Of a stretch of 64,000 nucleotides of DNA, positions 17,563 through 26,474 are shown piece by piece (the stretch's first letter is position 1; the number at the start of each line of letters is the position of its first letter). The notes under the pieces are model-generated. The model ran no database searches. It saw only the letters and a program-made list of their open reading frames with translations, and had not been told where the DNA came from. Position numbers and translations under genes: made by a program. This stretch comes from Candidatus Nanoarchaeia archaeon (GTDB lineage: Archaea > Nanobdellota > Nanobdellia > WJKC01): contig JBAZFG010000004.1 in NCBI GenBank assembly GCA_041653515.1, positions 6,568 through 70,567 on the forward strand. The letters run 5' to 3'.

Positions 17563-17930
17563 ATTACAACAAGAAAGTAATGGATTACTTCCTGCACCCA
17601 AAGAATATGGGTGAGCTTGACAAACCTGATGGTGAAGGACAAGTGGGCAACCCAGTGTGCGGCGACGTGATGAAAGTCCAAATAAAAGTCAAGGCAGATC
17701 ACATCAGTGACATTAAGTTCAAAACCCTTGGTTGCGCAGCAGCAATAGCAAGCAGCAGCGCGCTCACAGAATTAGCTAAAGGCAAGACACTCAAGCAAGC
17801 TGAAATGATAACCCGTGATGATGTGGTCAAAGAATTAGGCGGCCTGCCAACCGAGAAAGTTCATTGCTCAGTCCTAGCGCAAGAAGCATTAAAAAAGGCA
17901 ATCAAGAATTATAAAAATAAAAGTTTATAA
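17559..17930 (+). CDS. iscU: Fe-S cluster scaffold IscU/NifU-like
   Basis: GNPVCGDVMKV, LGCAAAIASS and KVHCSVLA conserved Cys blocks. ATGA overlap with iscS. Confidence 0.85.
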   Translation: MNYNKKVMDYFLHPKNMGELDKPDGEGQVGNPVCGDVMKVQIKVKADHISDIKFKTLGCAAAIASSSALTELAKGKTLKQAEMITRDDVVKELGGLPTEKVHCSVLAQEALKKAIKNYKNKSL

Positions 17931-17955
17931 AGACATCCTAAAAATCAATTCAATA

Positions 17956-18564
17956 ATGAAAGAATCAATTTATGATAGACGATATCAAGATTTCAGCAAA
18001 GTAATGATTAAAAACCTATTTGAACTAGATTCAATGCTTAAAGAAACTGGAATCAATTATTTTATTGCTGAAGACACTGCAGTCAGGGCTTATGTTATAA
18101 CTTTAAAGAATAAAAAAATAATTAAGACAAAACCAGACATCTTTAAATTAAAAATTAAAGATGATAATGAAAAAATCTCAAATCTTAAAGACTTAATCAC
18201 TGAATCAAAAAATTTTGAGAATGATCGTTTCAGACCAACTTATCAAATCATATCAAAGCAGTGTGGAATATTTGATTTTAGTGTTGAATTTAATGATATT
18301 GAATTTACTCATAAACAATTATTAACAAACGAGTTAGCAAGCCTACCTGCTCAAAACCCATCAACACTTACCGCATACTTAATTGATAACTTAAATTATG
18401 ATGACCGTGAATTAATGAATATTTATCGAATGTTCACACTCTTTAATAACAAACAATTAAAACCTAATAAAGGATTATTCAACGAACGCATTAAAGAGTA
18501 TAATTGTGAAGAAACGTATAACAAAGTAAAGAACTTATTAAAAATTGATAATCCTTTCAGCTAA
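17956..18564 (+). CDS. Hypothetical protein
   Basis: 202-aa ORF, Lys/Asn-rich, no recognisable motif. Confidence 0.4.
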   Translation: MKESIYDRRYQDFSKVMIKNLFELDSMLKETGINYFIAEDTAVRAYVITLKNKKIIKTKPDIFKLKIKDDNEKISNLKDLITESKNFENDRFRPTYQIISKQCGIFDFSVEFNDIEFTHKQLLTNELASLPAQNPSTLTAYLIDNLNYDDRELMNIYRMFTLFNNKQLKPNKGLFNERIKEYNCEETYNKVKNLLKIDNPFS

Positions 18565-18602
18565 AAGGATATAAATAATCCAATGATTATTAATTAATCA
18601 TA

Positions 18603-19550
18603 ATGGGTAAAACTCAGTTTGTCAGAGTTGATAAAGACTCTCTTAAAAAGATTGCCCAGTTCCAAAAAGAGTTAAATCAAAATAGTGTTATTATTGGCAG
18701 TTACTCACTTGGTATTCACGTCCTAAAAAATAAGAATAATATTAATGAAAAATTTGAGTTTGGCAAAGAAGAAAGTTATGAAACATTAGAAAAGTTAAGC
18801 GATTTAATTGGAAACATCTTAAACGAAATCAACAGAAGCAAAGGCAAGCTTACTAAGAATATTAAAAACTCAATTAATGATATTAATGAAAAATTACCTG
18901 CTAATTGGCAGTCTAAAGACCTTAATAAAAATTCATTATCACTAATAAAAAACGAATTAGATGAATTAAAGAGCGACCTCAAGGATTATAATAAAAACCT
19001 TAAGACTTTAAAAAACTCAAAAGAAGGTGATAAAATCAAGGATTATATTCTTGATAAACTATCTGACATTGACCTCATTGTAGAAAAACCAACAGACGCT
19101 GCTAAAAAAGTTAAAGAACATATCTGGCACAAAGAAGGCGCTTTATTACACCTTAATTATTACGGCATGCCAGTTGGGTTCTTACTAACAAGCGATGAAT
19201 TCACTAGAATTGAACTAGATAATTATGTTGAATATGAATTAAAAGAATTTGGCATTAATTCAAATGGTCGCATTCGCGTCACCACACCAGAAGGTTTTAT
19301 TGGTTCAAAACTATTCATTAACACCCTTGAATTAAAGGATTATCTTAACATTGGTGTTGCGCTTAGATTAATTGCTAACAAGAAAATACCCTTTAACAAA
19401 GAATTGTTCATAAAATTAATTAAGAACTCAAGAGGGGCGAGCAGCCCAAAAAGAGCTTATAGGATTTATTTAAGGATACTAAAAATTTTTAATATAAACA
19501 AAGACCCACTTGACTTTAAAGCGGTTATGAAATCATTAGGCATTAAGTAA
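18603..19550 (+). CDS. Hypothetical coiled-coil protein
   Basis: 315-aa ORF with long K/E/N-rich helical segments. Confidence 0.4.
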   Translation: MGKTQFVRVDKDSLKKIAQFQKELNQNSVIIGSYSLGIHVLKNKNNINEKFEFGKEESYETLEKLSDLIGNILNEINRSKGKLTKNIKNSINDINEKLPANWQSKDLNKNSLSLIKNELDELKSDLKDYNKNLKTLKNSKEGDKIKDYILDKLSDIDLIVEKPTDAAKKVKEHIWHKEGALLHLNYYGMPVGFLLTSDEFTRIELDNYVEYELKEFGINSNGRIRVTTPEGFIGSKLFINTLELKDYLNIGVALRLIANKKIPFNKELFIKLIKNSRGASSPKRAYRIYLRILKIFNINKDPLDFKAVMKSLGIK

Positions 19551-19587
19551 AATATATAAAAAGAATTCATGACTCAAGCTTACTAAT

Positions 19588-19611
19588 ATGAAGATACTCG
19601 CTACAGCAGAC
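19588..19611 (+). other. Ghost gene start: a diverged copy of the first 8 codons (MKILATAD) of the downstream metallophosphoesterase
   Basis: ATGAAGATACTCGCTACAGCAGAC versus live ATGAAAATATTAGCGACTGCGGAC. All five differences are synonymous. Followed by hairpin CAACAA-CAAAG-TTGTTG. Confidence 0.7.
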
Positions 19612-19661
19612 ACTCAACAACAAAGTTGTTGGGTCCCGCAGTCACATGAAGGTGGAATAGC

Positions 19662-20264
19662 ATGAAAATATTAGCGACTGCGGACATACACGGGGACAAA
19701 AAACTAGTTGACCGCTTAATTAAGAATAGTAAGGACGCTGACGTAATTGTTGTGGCCGGTGACCTGACTTGGGCTGAAAATGATTTGCGAGGGATTATTG
19801 GGCCACTAAAAAAGCAAGGCAAACCAATTATTATGATACCAGGCAATCACGAAACACTAGCTTCAGTTGATTTCTTAGAGAACTTGTATAAGCCGGGTGT
19901 TTACAACTTGCACGCGCGCGGCATTAAAATCGGTGACACTTGTTTTGTTGCTTGCGGTTCAGGTAACATTGGTTTATTCCAACTAAGCGATGATGAAGTC
20001 ACTGACGCTTTAGAGAAAGCAATTAAAGAAGTAAAGGGTTGCACTAAAACAGTGCTAGTCACTCACACGCCGCCATACCAAACATTACTGGATAACCTTG
20101 GCTGGACTAATGCAGGGAGCAAAGCGGTCAGAAAATTCATTGAGAAGCACAAACCAGACTTATGCTTGTGCGGCCACATCCACGAGACCGCAGGTTTAAT
20201 GGAGAAAATAGGCAAGACACTAGTGGTAAACGTTGGGTTTAGCGATAAGATAATTGAGATATGA
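19662..20264 (+). CDS. Calcineurin-like metallophosphoesterase
   Basis: ADIHGD, VVAGDLT, GNHE and HTPP motifs. Confidence 0.7.
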   Translation: MKILATADIHGDKKLVDRLIKNSKDADVIVVAGDLTWAENDLRGIIGPLKKQGKPIIMIPGNHETLASVDFLENLYKPGVYNLHARGIKIGDTCFVACGSGNIGLFQLSDDEVTDALEKAIKEVKGCTKTVLVTHTPPYQTLLDNLGWTNAGSKAVRKFIEKHKPDLCLCGHIHETAGLMEKIGKTLVVNVGFSDKIIEI

Positions 20265-20364
20265 TTAACGCCCCTAACCTCAAAAGGGGGAGGTTAGGTC
20301 CAAGGAGGGAGAACGCCTCCTGGACGTAAACGTTGGTTTTAGTGATAAAATAATTGAGATTTAA
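20265..20364 (+). repeat. 61-bp GC-rich double-hairpin insert followed by a ghost copy of the last 12 codons plus stop of the metallophosphoesterase
   Basis: Insert 20265-20325 carries CCCCTAACCTC-AAAA-GGGGGAGGTTAGG and CCAAGGAGG-gagaacg-CCTCCTGG hairpins. Ghost GTAAACGTTGGTTTTAGTGATAAAATAATTGAGATTTAA (20326-20364) versus live GTAAACGTTGGGTTTAGCGATAAGATAATTGAGATATGA. Both encode VNVGFSDKIIEI*. Confidence 0.8.
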
Positions 20365-20404
20365 CAAACAATATTTAAGTCAGAGAATATTTTAATTATA
20401 ATTA

Positions 20405-21145
20405 ATGAATTACTGGTTATTACTCAGCCCAATTGGCATGATACTAATTGGTTTACTAACAATTATTTACTGGCGAACAAAACATAAATCAAAATTAATC
20501 TTATTCGCTTGGGGTGGATTATTATGGTTTATGGCAATAATGCTCAAGTCAGTATTAGATTACACTGTAATGCCTTACTTTTATGAATTCATTAATAATT
20601 TATGGCCTGCAGCATTATTAGTCATCGCATCAATCACTCTTGGGCTTAGAACAGGGTTCTTTGAGTCAGGCATTAGTTATTTAATGCTTAAAGGCAAGTT
20701 AAAGAAACCATCTTGGAATGACACTATTGCTATTGGTATTGGTTTTGGCGCGAGTGAAGCAATATTATTTGGCGTGTTAAGTTTGATTAACATGTTAGTA
20801 TTAATGAATCCTGCTTTTATGAGCACTCTTAGCGAGGTTGAGTTAACAATGCTTGAAGCACAATTAAGCCAGAACACTATTATTGTCGTCGCTGCTTGGT
20901 TGGAGCGATTCTTCGCATTATTAGTTCATGTATTCGCAACCGCTTTAGTTATCAAAGCCTTAACTAAGAGCAAGAAAAAGTTCTTATGGTGGTCAATTGC
21001 TTTTAAATCACTAATAGATACACCTGTATTATTACTTCAGTCATTCATCAGTGAATCAATCGTTAATGCCTTCATTGCTGAATCATATATAGTATTGTTA
21101 GGCTTGGCAGGTTTTTATGGCCTTAAGTGGCTGAAGAATCAGTAA
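20405..21145 (+). CDS. Polytopic membrane protein, hypothetical
   Basis: 246 aa with 6-7 hydrophobic helices. Confidence 0.45.
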   Translation: MNYWLLLSPIGMILIGLLTIIYWRTKHKSKLILFAWGGLLWFMAIMLKSVLDYTVMPYFYEFINNLWPAALLVIASITLGLRTGFFESGISYLMLKGKLKKPSWNDTIAIGIGFGASEAILFGVLSLINMLVLMNPAFMSTLSEVELTMLEAQLSQNTIIVVAAWLERFFALLVHVFATALVIKALTKSKKKFLWWSIAFKSLIDTPVLLLQSFISESIVNAFIAESYIVLLGLAGFYGLKWLKNQ

Positions 21146-21205
21146 TCTTTTTAAAGGACTCTTCTGTTCTTTTTTAATAACCAATGATACGAGGTGTAAA
21201 AAACT

Positions 21206-21571
21206 ATGAGTGAAGAAAAGTCAACAAAGAAGGAATCAGTCAGTACCAAGGACTTATTTGAGTTAATTGAGATTGCAACTGCTCCAAGCACTAAAGGTAA
21301 GGTTAGGAAGGGTGTTAACGAAGTAACTAAAGCTATTGAGCGCGGTAACGCCCAAATAGTAGTTGTTGCTGAAGACGTTAGTCCTAAAGAGATAATTGCT
21401 CACATACCAATTTTATGCAAGGAGAAGAACATCAAGTACTTAACACTCCCAACCAAAACTGAGCTAGGAAAAGCTGCTGGTATTGGCAAGGATTGTTCAA
21501 GCATTGCAATAATCAGTGCTGGTGAAGCTGAAGGAAAAGAATTATTGATGAAGGTAATGAAGAATGCCTAA
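21206..21571 (+). CDS. rpl7ae: Ribosomal protein L7Ae
   Basis: KGVNEVTKAIERGNAQIVVVAEDVSPKEIIAHIPILCKEKNIKY matches the L7Ae/K-turn-binding signature. Confidence 0.85.
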   Translation: MSEEKSTKKESVSTKDLFELIEIATAPSTKGKVRKGVNEVTKAIERGNAQIVVVAEDVSPKEIIAHIPILCKEKNIKYLTLPTKTELGKAAGIGKDCSSIAIISAGEAEGKELLMKVMKNA

Positions 21572-21842
21572 AAAACAAAAGGATGTTAAGGCTAGCCCTG
21601 AAACTGATGAAACTGATAAGTTCGTCGAAGGCGAGGCAGTTCCAGCTCAAGTAATTGAAGTGATTGGTCGCGTTGGCACTAGAGGAGAAGCAACCCAAGT
21701 TAGGTGTAAGATTCTTCAAAGTATGGATAAAGGTAAGATTCTCAGGCGCAACGTTAGGGGGCCTATTAGGATTGATGATATATTAATGCTTGTTGAAACA
21801 GAGTTAGAAGCAGCTCCATTAAGAGGAGGCAGGCGTCAATGA
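21564..21842 (+). CDS. rps28e: Ribosomal protein S28e
   Basis: AQVIEVIGRVGTRGEATQVRCKIL...RNVRGPIRIDDIL. Confidence 0.85.
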   Translation: MPKKQKDVKASPETDETDKFVEGEAVPAQVIEVIGRVGTRGEATQVRCKILQSMDKGKILRRNVRGPIRIDDILMLVETELEAAPLRGGRRQ

Positions 21843-22009
21843 ATTGTTCTTATTGTAAAGGCGAGATTGAGCAGGGCCGAGGCGTTTTTGTTGTTAAAAA
21901 AGATGGTAAGATTAATCGTTTTTGCAGCAGTAAATGCCGTAAGAACTTTAATTTAAAGCGCAACCCAAGCAAGCTTAAATGGATTACTAAAGAGGTTAAA
22001 AAGAAATGA
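21839..22009 (+). CDS. rpl24e: Ribosomal protein L24e
   Basis: Not in the ORF track. MNCSYCKGEIEQGRGVFVVKKDGKINRFCSSKCRKNFNLKRNPSKLKWITKEVKKK. Zn-ribbon C..C...C..C. ATGA overlaps with S28e and ndk. Confidence 0.8.
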   Translation: MNCSYCKGEIEQGRGVFVVKKDGKINRFCSSKCRKNFNLKRNPSKLKWITKEVKKK

Positions 22010-22485
22010 TTGAGCATACATTAGTCTTGATTAAGCCTGATGGTGTTTATCGAGGCCTTATCGGCGAGGTCGTTCAGCGGTTCGAGCGAGCAGGCTTAAA
22101 AGTTGTTGGTATGAAAATGGAATGGATTGAAAAAGATTTTGCCAAAAAACATTATCATGCCCATTTAAAGAAAGGTTTTTACCCTGGATTAGAGCAATAT
22201 ATTACTTCAGGTCCAGTGGTCGCCATTGTATTAGAGGGTATTAATGTTGTTGAGGTTGTCAGGAAGATTGTCGGCCCGACTGAGCCGGGCAAAGCAATGC
22301 CAGGCACTATCAGGGGTGATTACTGTCACGTTAATGTTGCTTACGCTGATGAGAAAAAGAAAAGCGTTTACAATATTATTCACGCGAGCGGCAGCGTTAA
22401 TGAAGCCAAGGATGAAATACTATTATGGTTTGACCCGCCTGAGTTAAGTAATTATAAACGTGTGGGCGAAGACTGGATTCAATAA
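22006..22485 (+). CDS. ndk: Nucleoside diphosphate kinase
   Basis: TLVLIKPDGV, active-site region NIIHASGS, and the classic L7Ae-S28e-L24e-ndk archaeal cluster. Confidence 0.9.
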   Translation: MIEHTLVLIKPDGVYRGLIGEVVQRFERAGLKVVGMKMEWIEKDFAKKHYHAHLKKGFYPGLEQYITSGPVVAIVLEGINVVEVVRKIVGPTEPGKAMPGTIRGDYCHVNVAYADEKKKSVYNIIHASGSVNEAKDEILLWFDPPELSNYKRVGEDWIQ

Positions 22486-22493
22486 ACATTACT

Positions 22494-23123
22494 TTATTTT
22501 AATGAAGGTTTTTTGCATAAATAATTCAGATAACTATTGCCTCCTTCATAGTGTTCATTACCAGCAGAATTATAAAACAACTTAAAATGATGTTTTTCAA
22601 GAAGAGCTGTTAATTCATCATTCGAGTATAAAGCATAAAAACGCTCCTTATCGCCATACCATTTAGATTTTTTAAAACCCTCAGAAGAACCATTCTTCAT
22701 GCTCAAACCAAGTATTCCATCTGGTTTTAAAACTCGATAAAGCCCATCCAAGGCTGAGGGAAAATGATTTTTAGGAATATGAATCAAAGAAGTGTTAGCC
22801 CAAACACCATCAAAACTCTGGTCAGGAAAAATAATTTTTTCTAAATCCATTTTAATCGCGTTTAAACCCTTGTTTTTACATAACTCAATCATTGAGTCAG
22901 ACAAATCAATGCAAGTAACATTAAAGCCATTAAGCTGAAAGTATGATGCGTCGCGACCAGGCCCGCTACCAACATCCAAAATTTTTTTACCAATAATAGA
23001 TTCAATAAACAAATCAGTATGCGCTGGAGAAAGGTTGTTAGTTACTAAATCAAATTTCTCTGCAATCTTATCATAAGTCTCAATAGTAATCCTTTTTTCG
23101 TTATCCATCAAAAGCAGAATCAC
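22494..23123 (-). CDS. Class I SAM-dependent methyltransferase
   Basis: Motif I ILDVGSGPGRD. Confidence 0.6.
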   Translation of the reverse strand: MILLLMDNEKRITIETYDKIAEKFDLVTNNLSPAHTDLFIESIIGKKILDVGSGPGRDASYFQLNGFNVTCIDLSDSMIELCKNKGLNAIKMDLEKIIFPDQSFDGVWANTSLIHIPKNHFPSALDGLYRVLKPDGILGLSMKNGSSEGFKKSKWYGDKERFYALYSNDELTALLEKHHFKLFYNSAGNEHYEGGNSYLNYLCKKPSLK

Positions 23124-23191
23124 AACAAGTTTTTATAAAATTATCTATCAGAGCAAAGATTTTAAAAGAAACCCTTAATTCTTTCTCTTTA

Positions 23192-24964
23192 ATGACTACC
23201 CGCCAATTAATCTGCTCAGTGCTTGGTCATATTGACCACGGCAAGACGACTATCCTAGATCGGATTAGGGGTACTGCTGTTCAGTCAAGGGAGGCTGGGG
23301 GTATTACTCAGCATACTGGTGCTAGCGAGGTGCCATTAGAAGTTATTAAACGGGTTTGTGGTCCATTACTTAAAGGGATTAAAGGTGACTTAAAGATTCC
23401 TGGCTTATTATTCATTGACACACCAGGCCATAAAGCGTTCACTAGCTTGCGCCAGCGCGGGGGTAGTATTGCTGATATTGCTATCCTAGTGGTTGACGCG
23501 CAGGATATATTACAACCACAAGCATTAGAGTCAATTGCCATCCTAAAACAATTCAAGGTGCCGTTTATTATTGCTTTAAATAAAGTTGACACGATTGGTG
23601 GCTGGGTCACCCAGAAGAATAAGTATATTCTGGATAGTATTAAATTACAAAAGCAAGAAGTTCAAGGAATGCTTGAGCAACGATTATACTCATTAGTTAA
23701 TGAATTAAGCCAGCAAGGGATTAACGCTGAGCGGTTCGACCGAATAAGTGATTTTACCAAAGAGGTTAGTATTGTGCCAACCAGTGGTTTTACAGGTGAG
23801 GGCGTGCCTGAATTATTAATGGTCTTATCAGGATTAGCTCAACGTTACTTAGAGAAAAGCTTGGAAGTTAATCTTGATAAACCTGCTGTTGGCAGCGTGC
23901 TTGAAGTCAAAGAAGTTAAAGGGTTAGGCACCACGCTTGACGTGATTATTTATGACGGCACACTCAACGAAGGCGATTTAATTGTTATCGGAGGGTTAGA
24001 TAAACCTATTAAGAGTAAGGCTCGAGCGTTATTGAAACCAGCACCATTACAAGAGACTAGGGAGAAAGGTGATTATAATTATGTTAAATCAGTTGTTGCA
24101 GCAGCAGGGGTTAAGATTAGCGGGCCAGGGCTTGACGCTGTTGTGCCAGGTATGCCGTTGATTGCTTGCCGCAACGAAGCAGATTTATTAGCAGCTGAAG
24201 CTAAAGTTCAAGAGAATATTAATCGAATCTCATTCAAAACAGATAAGGAAGGTATTATCATCAAAGCTGACTCACTTGGTTCGCTTGAAGCGCTCACTAA
24301 TTTATTTGGTGATTATCCTGTTAAGAAAGCAGTTATTGGTAATGTTAACAAGAGCGATGTTATTGAAGCAGTGAGTGTTAAGGAAAAGCAGGAAGCTTTA
24401 GGTGTTATTATCTCATTTAATGTTAATGTCTTACCTGAAGCCAAGGAATTAATTAATGAAAATGGGATTAAGTTGTTTGACGCTAAAATAATTTATACAC
24501 TGCTTGATGATTATAAAAAGCATCGGGAGGAAGTTGAATTAGAAGTTAAGCGCCGAGCACTCTCAGGGCTTGTCCTGCCAGCTAAAATCAAAGTCTTACC
24601 TGATCATGTTTTCAGGGCAAGCGGGCCAGCCATTATTGGGGTTGAAGTAGTTGGCGGCACACTAAAAGTTGGTTATTCATTAATTAATGAGGAATTAAAA
24701 CAAGTGGGCCATGTTAAGTCCATCAGGCATGACAAAGAAGTATTGGGCGAAGCTGTTAAGGGGTCAAGCGTGGCGATAAGTATTGACAGCGGCGTGGTTG
24801 GTCGCAACATCACTGAAGGTGGCTTACTCTACACTGGGGTTAGCGAGCAAGAATTCCATAAAATGAAGACTGCACTCAAGAAATTCTTAAAACCAGACGA
24901 GCTTGAGGCAATGAGGGAAATACTTAAGTTACAGCGAGAGAAAAACCCACTCTGGGGCTTTTAA
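23192..24964 (+). CDS. infB: Translation initiation factor aIF5B (IF2 homolog)
   Basis: GHIDHGKTTILD, DTPGH and NKVD GTPase motifs, about 590 aa. Confidence 0.85.
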   Translation: MTTRQLICSVLGHIDHGKTTILDRIRGTAVQSREAGGITQHTGASEVPLEVIKRVCGPLLKGIKGDLKIPGLLFIDTPGHKAFTSLRQRGGSIADIAILVVDAQDILQPQALESIAILKQFKVPFIIALNKVDTIGGWVTQKNKYILDSIKLQKQEVQGMLEQRLYSLVNELSQQGINAERFDRISDFTKEVSIVPTSGFTGEGVPELLMVLSGLAQRYLEKSLEVNLDKPAVGSVLEVKEVKGLGTTLDVIIYDGTLNEGDLIVIGGLDKPIKSKARALLKPAPLQETREKGDYNYVKSVVAAAGVKISGPGLDAVVPGMPLIACRNEADLLAAEAKVQENINRISFKTDKEGIIIKADSLGSLEALTNLFGDYPVKKAVIGNVNKSDVIEAVSVKEKQEALGVIISFNVNVLPEAKELINENGIKLFDAKIIYTLLDDYKKHREEVELEVKRRALSGLVLPAKIKVLPDHVFRASGPAIIGVEVVGGTLKVGYSLINEELKQVGHVKSIRHDKEVLGEAVKGSSVAISIDSGVVGRNITEGGLLYTGVSEQEFHKMKTALKKFLKPDELEAMREILKLQREKNPLWGF

Positions 24965-25003
24965 CGTAAAACTTTTTAAAAGGAATGATTAATTCCATTA
25001 AAC

Positions 25004-25534
25004 ATGAAACTATTCTTTGTTCGACATGGCGAGTCAGTTGGTAATCAATTAAAGATAGCTCAAGGCCATCTTGATTATGACCTGACTAATGATGGAGTTG
25101 AGCAGGCAAGGAGAGTGGCTGAACGCTTAAAGAACGAGCAGTTCGCTCATATTTACTCAAGTGATTTATTACGAGCAGCTAATACTGCGCGGGAAATAAT
25201 TAAGCATCACCCAGATAAACCAATCACTTTTACAGCCACGTTAAGGGAGCGTGATTATGGTGAGTTATCAGGAACAAAACAGCGCTTAAAGGATTTGGAT
25301 AAAATACCAATTAGTGTTGAGAGTGATGAATTATTAATTAATCGCTTCAAGTCATTCCTTGATTCAATTGAGTCAAATGACAATATCTTAATTGTTAGTC
25401 ACGGCACTGCCATTAAAACAATGATTTCAATAATCACTAACAAAGAATTTGATGAAAGTTATAATAATACTGGTTTAACAATCATTAATAACGGTGAGAT
25501 TGAATTATTTAATGACGCCAAGCACTTAGAGTAA
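25004..25534 (+). CDS. Histidine phosphatase (phosphoglycerate mutase family)
   Basis: LFFVRHGESVGN RHG catalytic motif, and SHG at VSHGTAI. Confidence 0.65.
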   Translation: MKLFFVRHGESVGNQLKIAQGHLDYDLTNDGVEQARRVAERLKNEQFAHIYSSDLLRAANTAREIIKHHPDKPITFTATLRERDYGELSGTKQRLKDLDKIPISVESDELLINRFKSFLDSIESNDNILIVSHGTAIKTMISIITNKEFDESYNNTGLTIINNGEIELFNDAKHLE

Positions 25535-25568
25535 GTCTTAAAAATAATAATTGTTGATTTAAAGAATT

Positions 25569-26039
25569 ATGAATAAAATAGATGAGATAATCAATTTTTT
25601 TGACTTCAAAAACTTAGATGACCTTATTTTAAGACTTAATAAAGCAGTGGCGCACTCAATACAAGAGAGTATTCACACGCCAGGCTTAATAAGCAGGCGC
25701 TGTAAAGGGATTAGTATTATTGATGATGTTTATGACTCAATGCCTAATAGAATAATTACTTTCTGCGTTGACTTCAGTGAGCTAACAAAACAATTAGGGA
25801 AAGCGCTCGGCTACGAAGTAGAATTAATAACGTGTTACCCTAAATACTTGAATAACAATTATCACTGGCTTATCAAGTCAAGTGGCGTCTTCAAGGACCC
25901 GTCAATTTACAATAAACATTACAATAATGGTAAATGGGTTAAGACTAAACCAGAATTAATGCTTAATGTACCTGAAGAGCAATTAGGAAAACACTGGGCT
26001 ATTAACCTTGACTCTTTTTATAAAAAGAAAGCTTTTTAA
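25569..26039 (+). CDS. Hypothetical protein
   Basis: 156-aa ORF, no recognisable motif. Confidence 0.35.
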   Translation: MNKIDEIINFFDFKNLDDLILRLNKAVAHSIQESIHTPGLISRRCKGISIIDDVYDSMPNRIITFCVDFSELTKQLGKALGYEVELITCYPKYLNNNYHWLIKSSGVFKDPSIYNKHYNNGKWVKTKPELMLNVPEEQLGKHWAINLDSFYKKKAF

Positions 26040-26064
26040 AACCTTCAACTTTTATCTTCTCTCA

Positions 26065-26439
26065 ATGGAATTTAAGCTAACAATTAATGATAAGGCTAAG
26101 AGTTACAAACAAGTAGTTAAAGAGCCAGAAGCAGCTATACTGGTTGGCTTAAAGATTGGGGATAAAGTTAAGGGCGACCACCTTGGTTTGATTGGTTATG
26201 AATTAATAATTAGTGGTGGCAGTGATAAGACTGGTGTGCCAATGCACAAAGGGGTTTTAGGCGCTGACCGAGCTAAGATGATTAAGCGATTAAATAATGG
26301 TTCTGGTGTTAGGAAAACAGTTATGGGTAACACAATATCTGAGAATGTTGTTCAAATCAATTTAACAGTAGCCAAGAAAGGCGCTAAAGAACTTGAAGAA
26401 TTATTCGGCAAGAAAGAAACAGAAATCAAACAAGAGTAA
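26065..26439 (+). CDS. rps6e: Ribosomal protein S6e
   Basis: Start reset to ATG 26065 (MEFKLTIND). GYELIISGGSDKTGVPMHKGV and RKTVMGNTIS match S6e. The longer track ORF overlaps the upstream gene. Confidence 0.8.
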   Translation: MEFKLTINDKAKSYKQVVKEPEAAILVGLKIGDKVKGDHLGLIGYELIISGGSDKTGVPMHKGVLGADRAKMIKRLNNGSGVRKTVMGNTISENVVQINLTVAKKGAKELEELFGKKETEIKQE

Positions 26440-26474
26440 AACTTATAATAAGCGCTAATTCTTTCATTCTAATA

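Noticed and set aside
20265-20325. GC-rich 61-bp island after the metallophosphoesterase gene as a small RNA gene or rho-independent terminator
   Set aside because: Could act as a terminator, but it is explained more economically as the insert between the live and ghost 3' ends. No T-tract follows.
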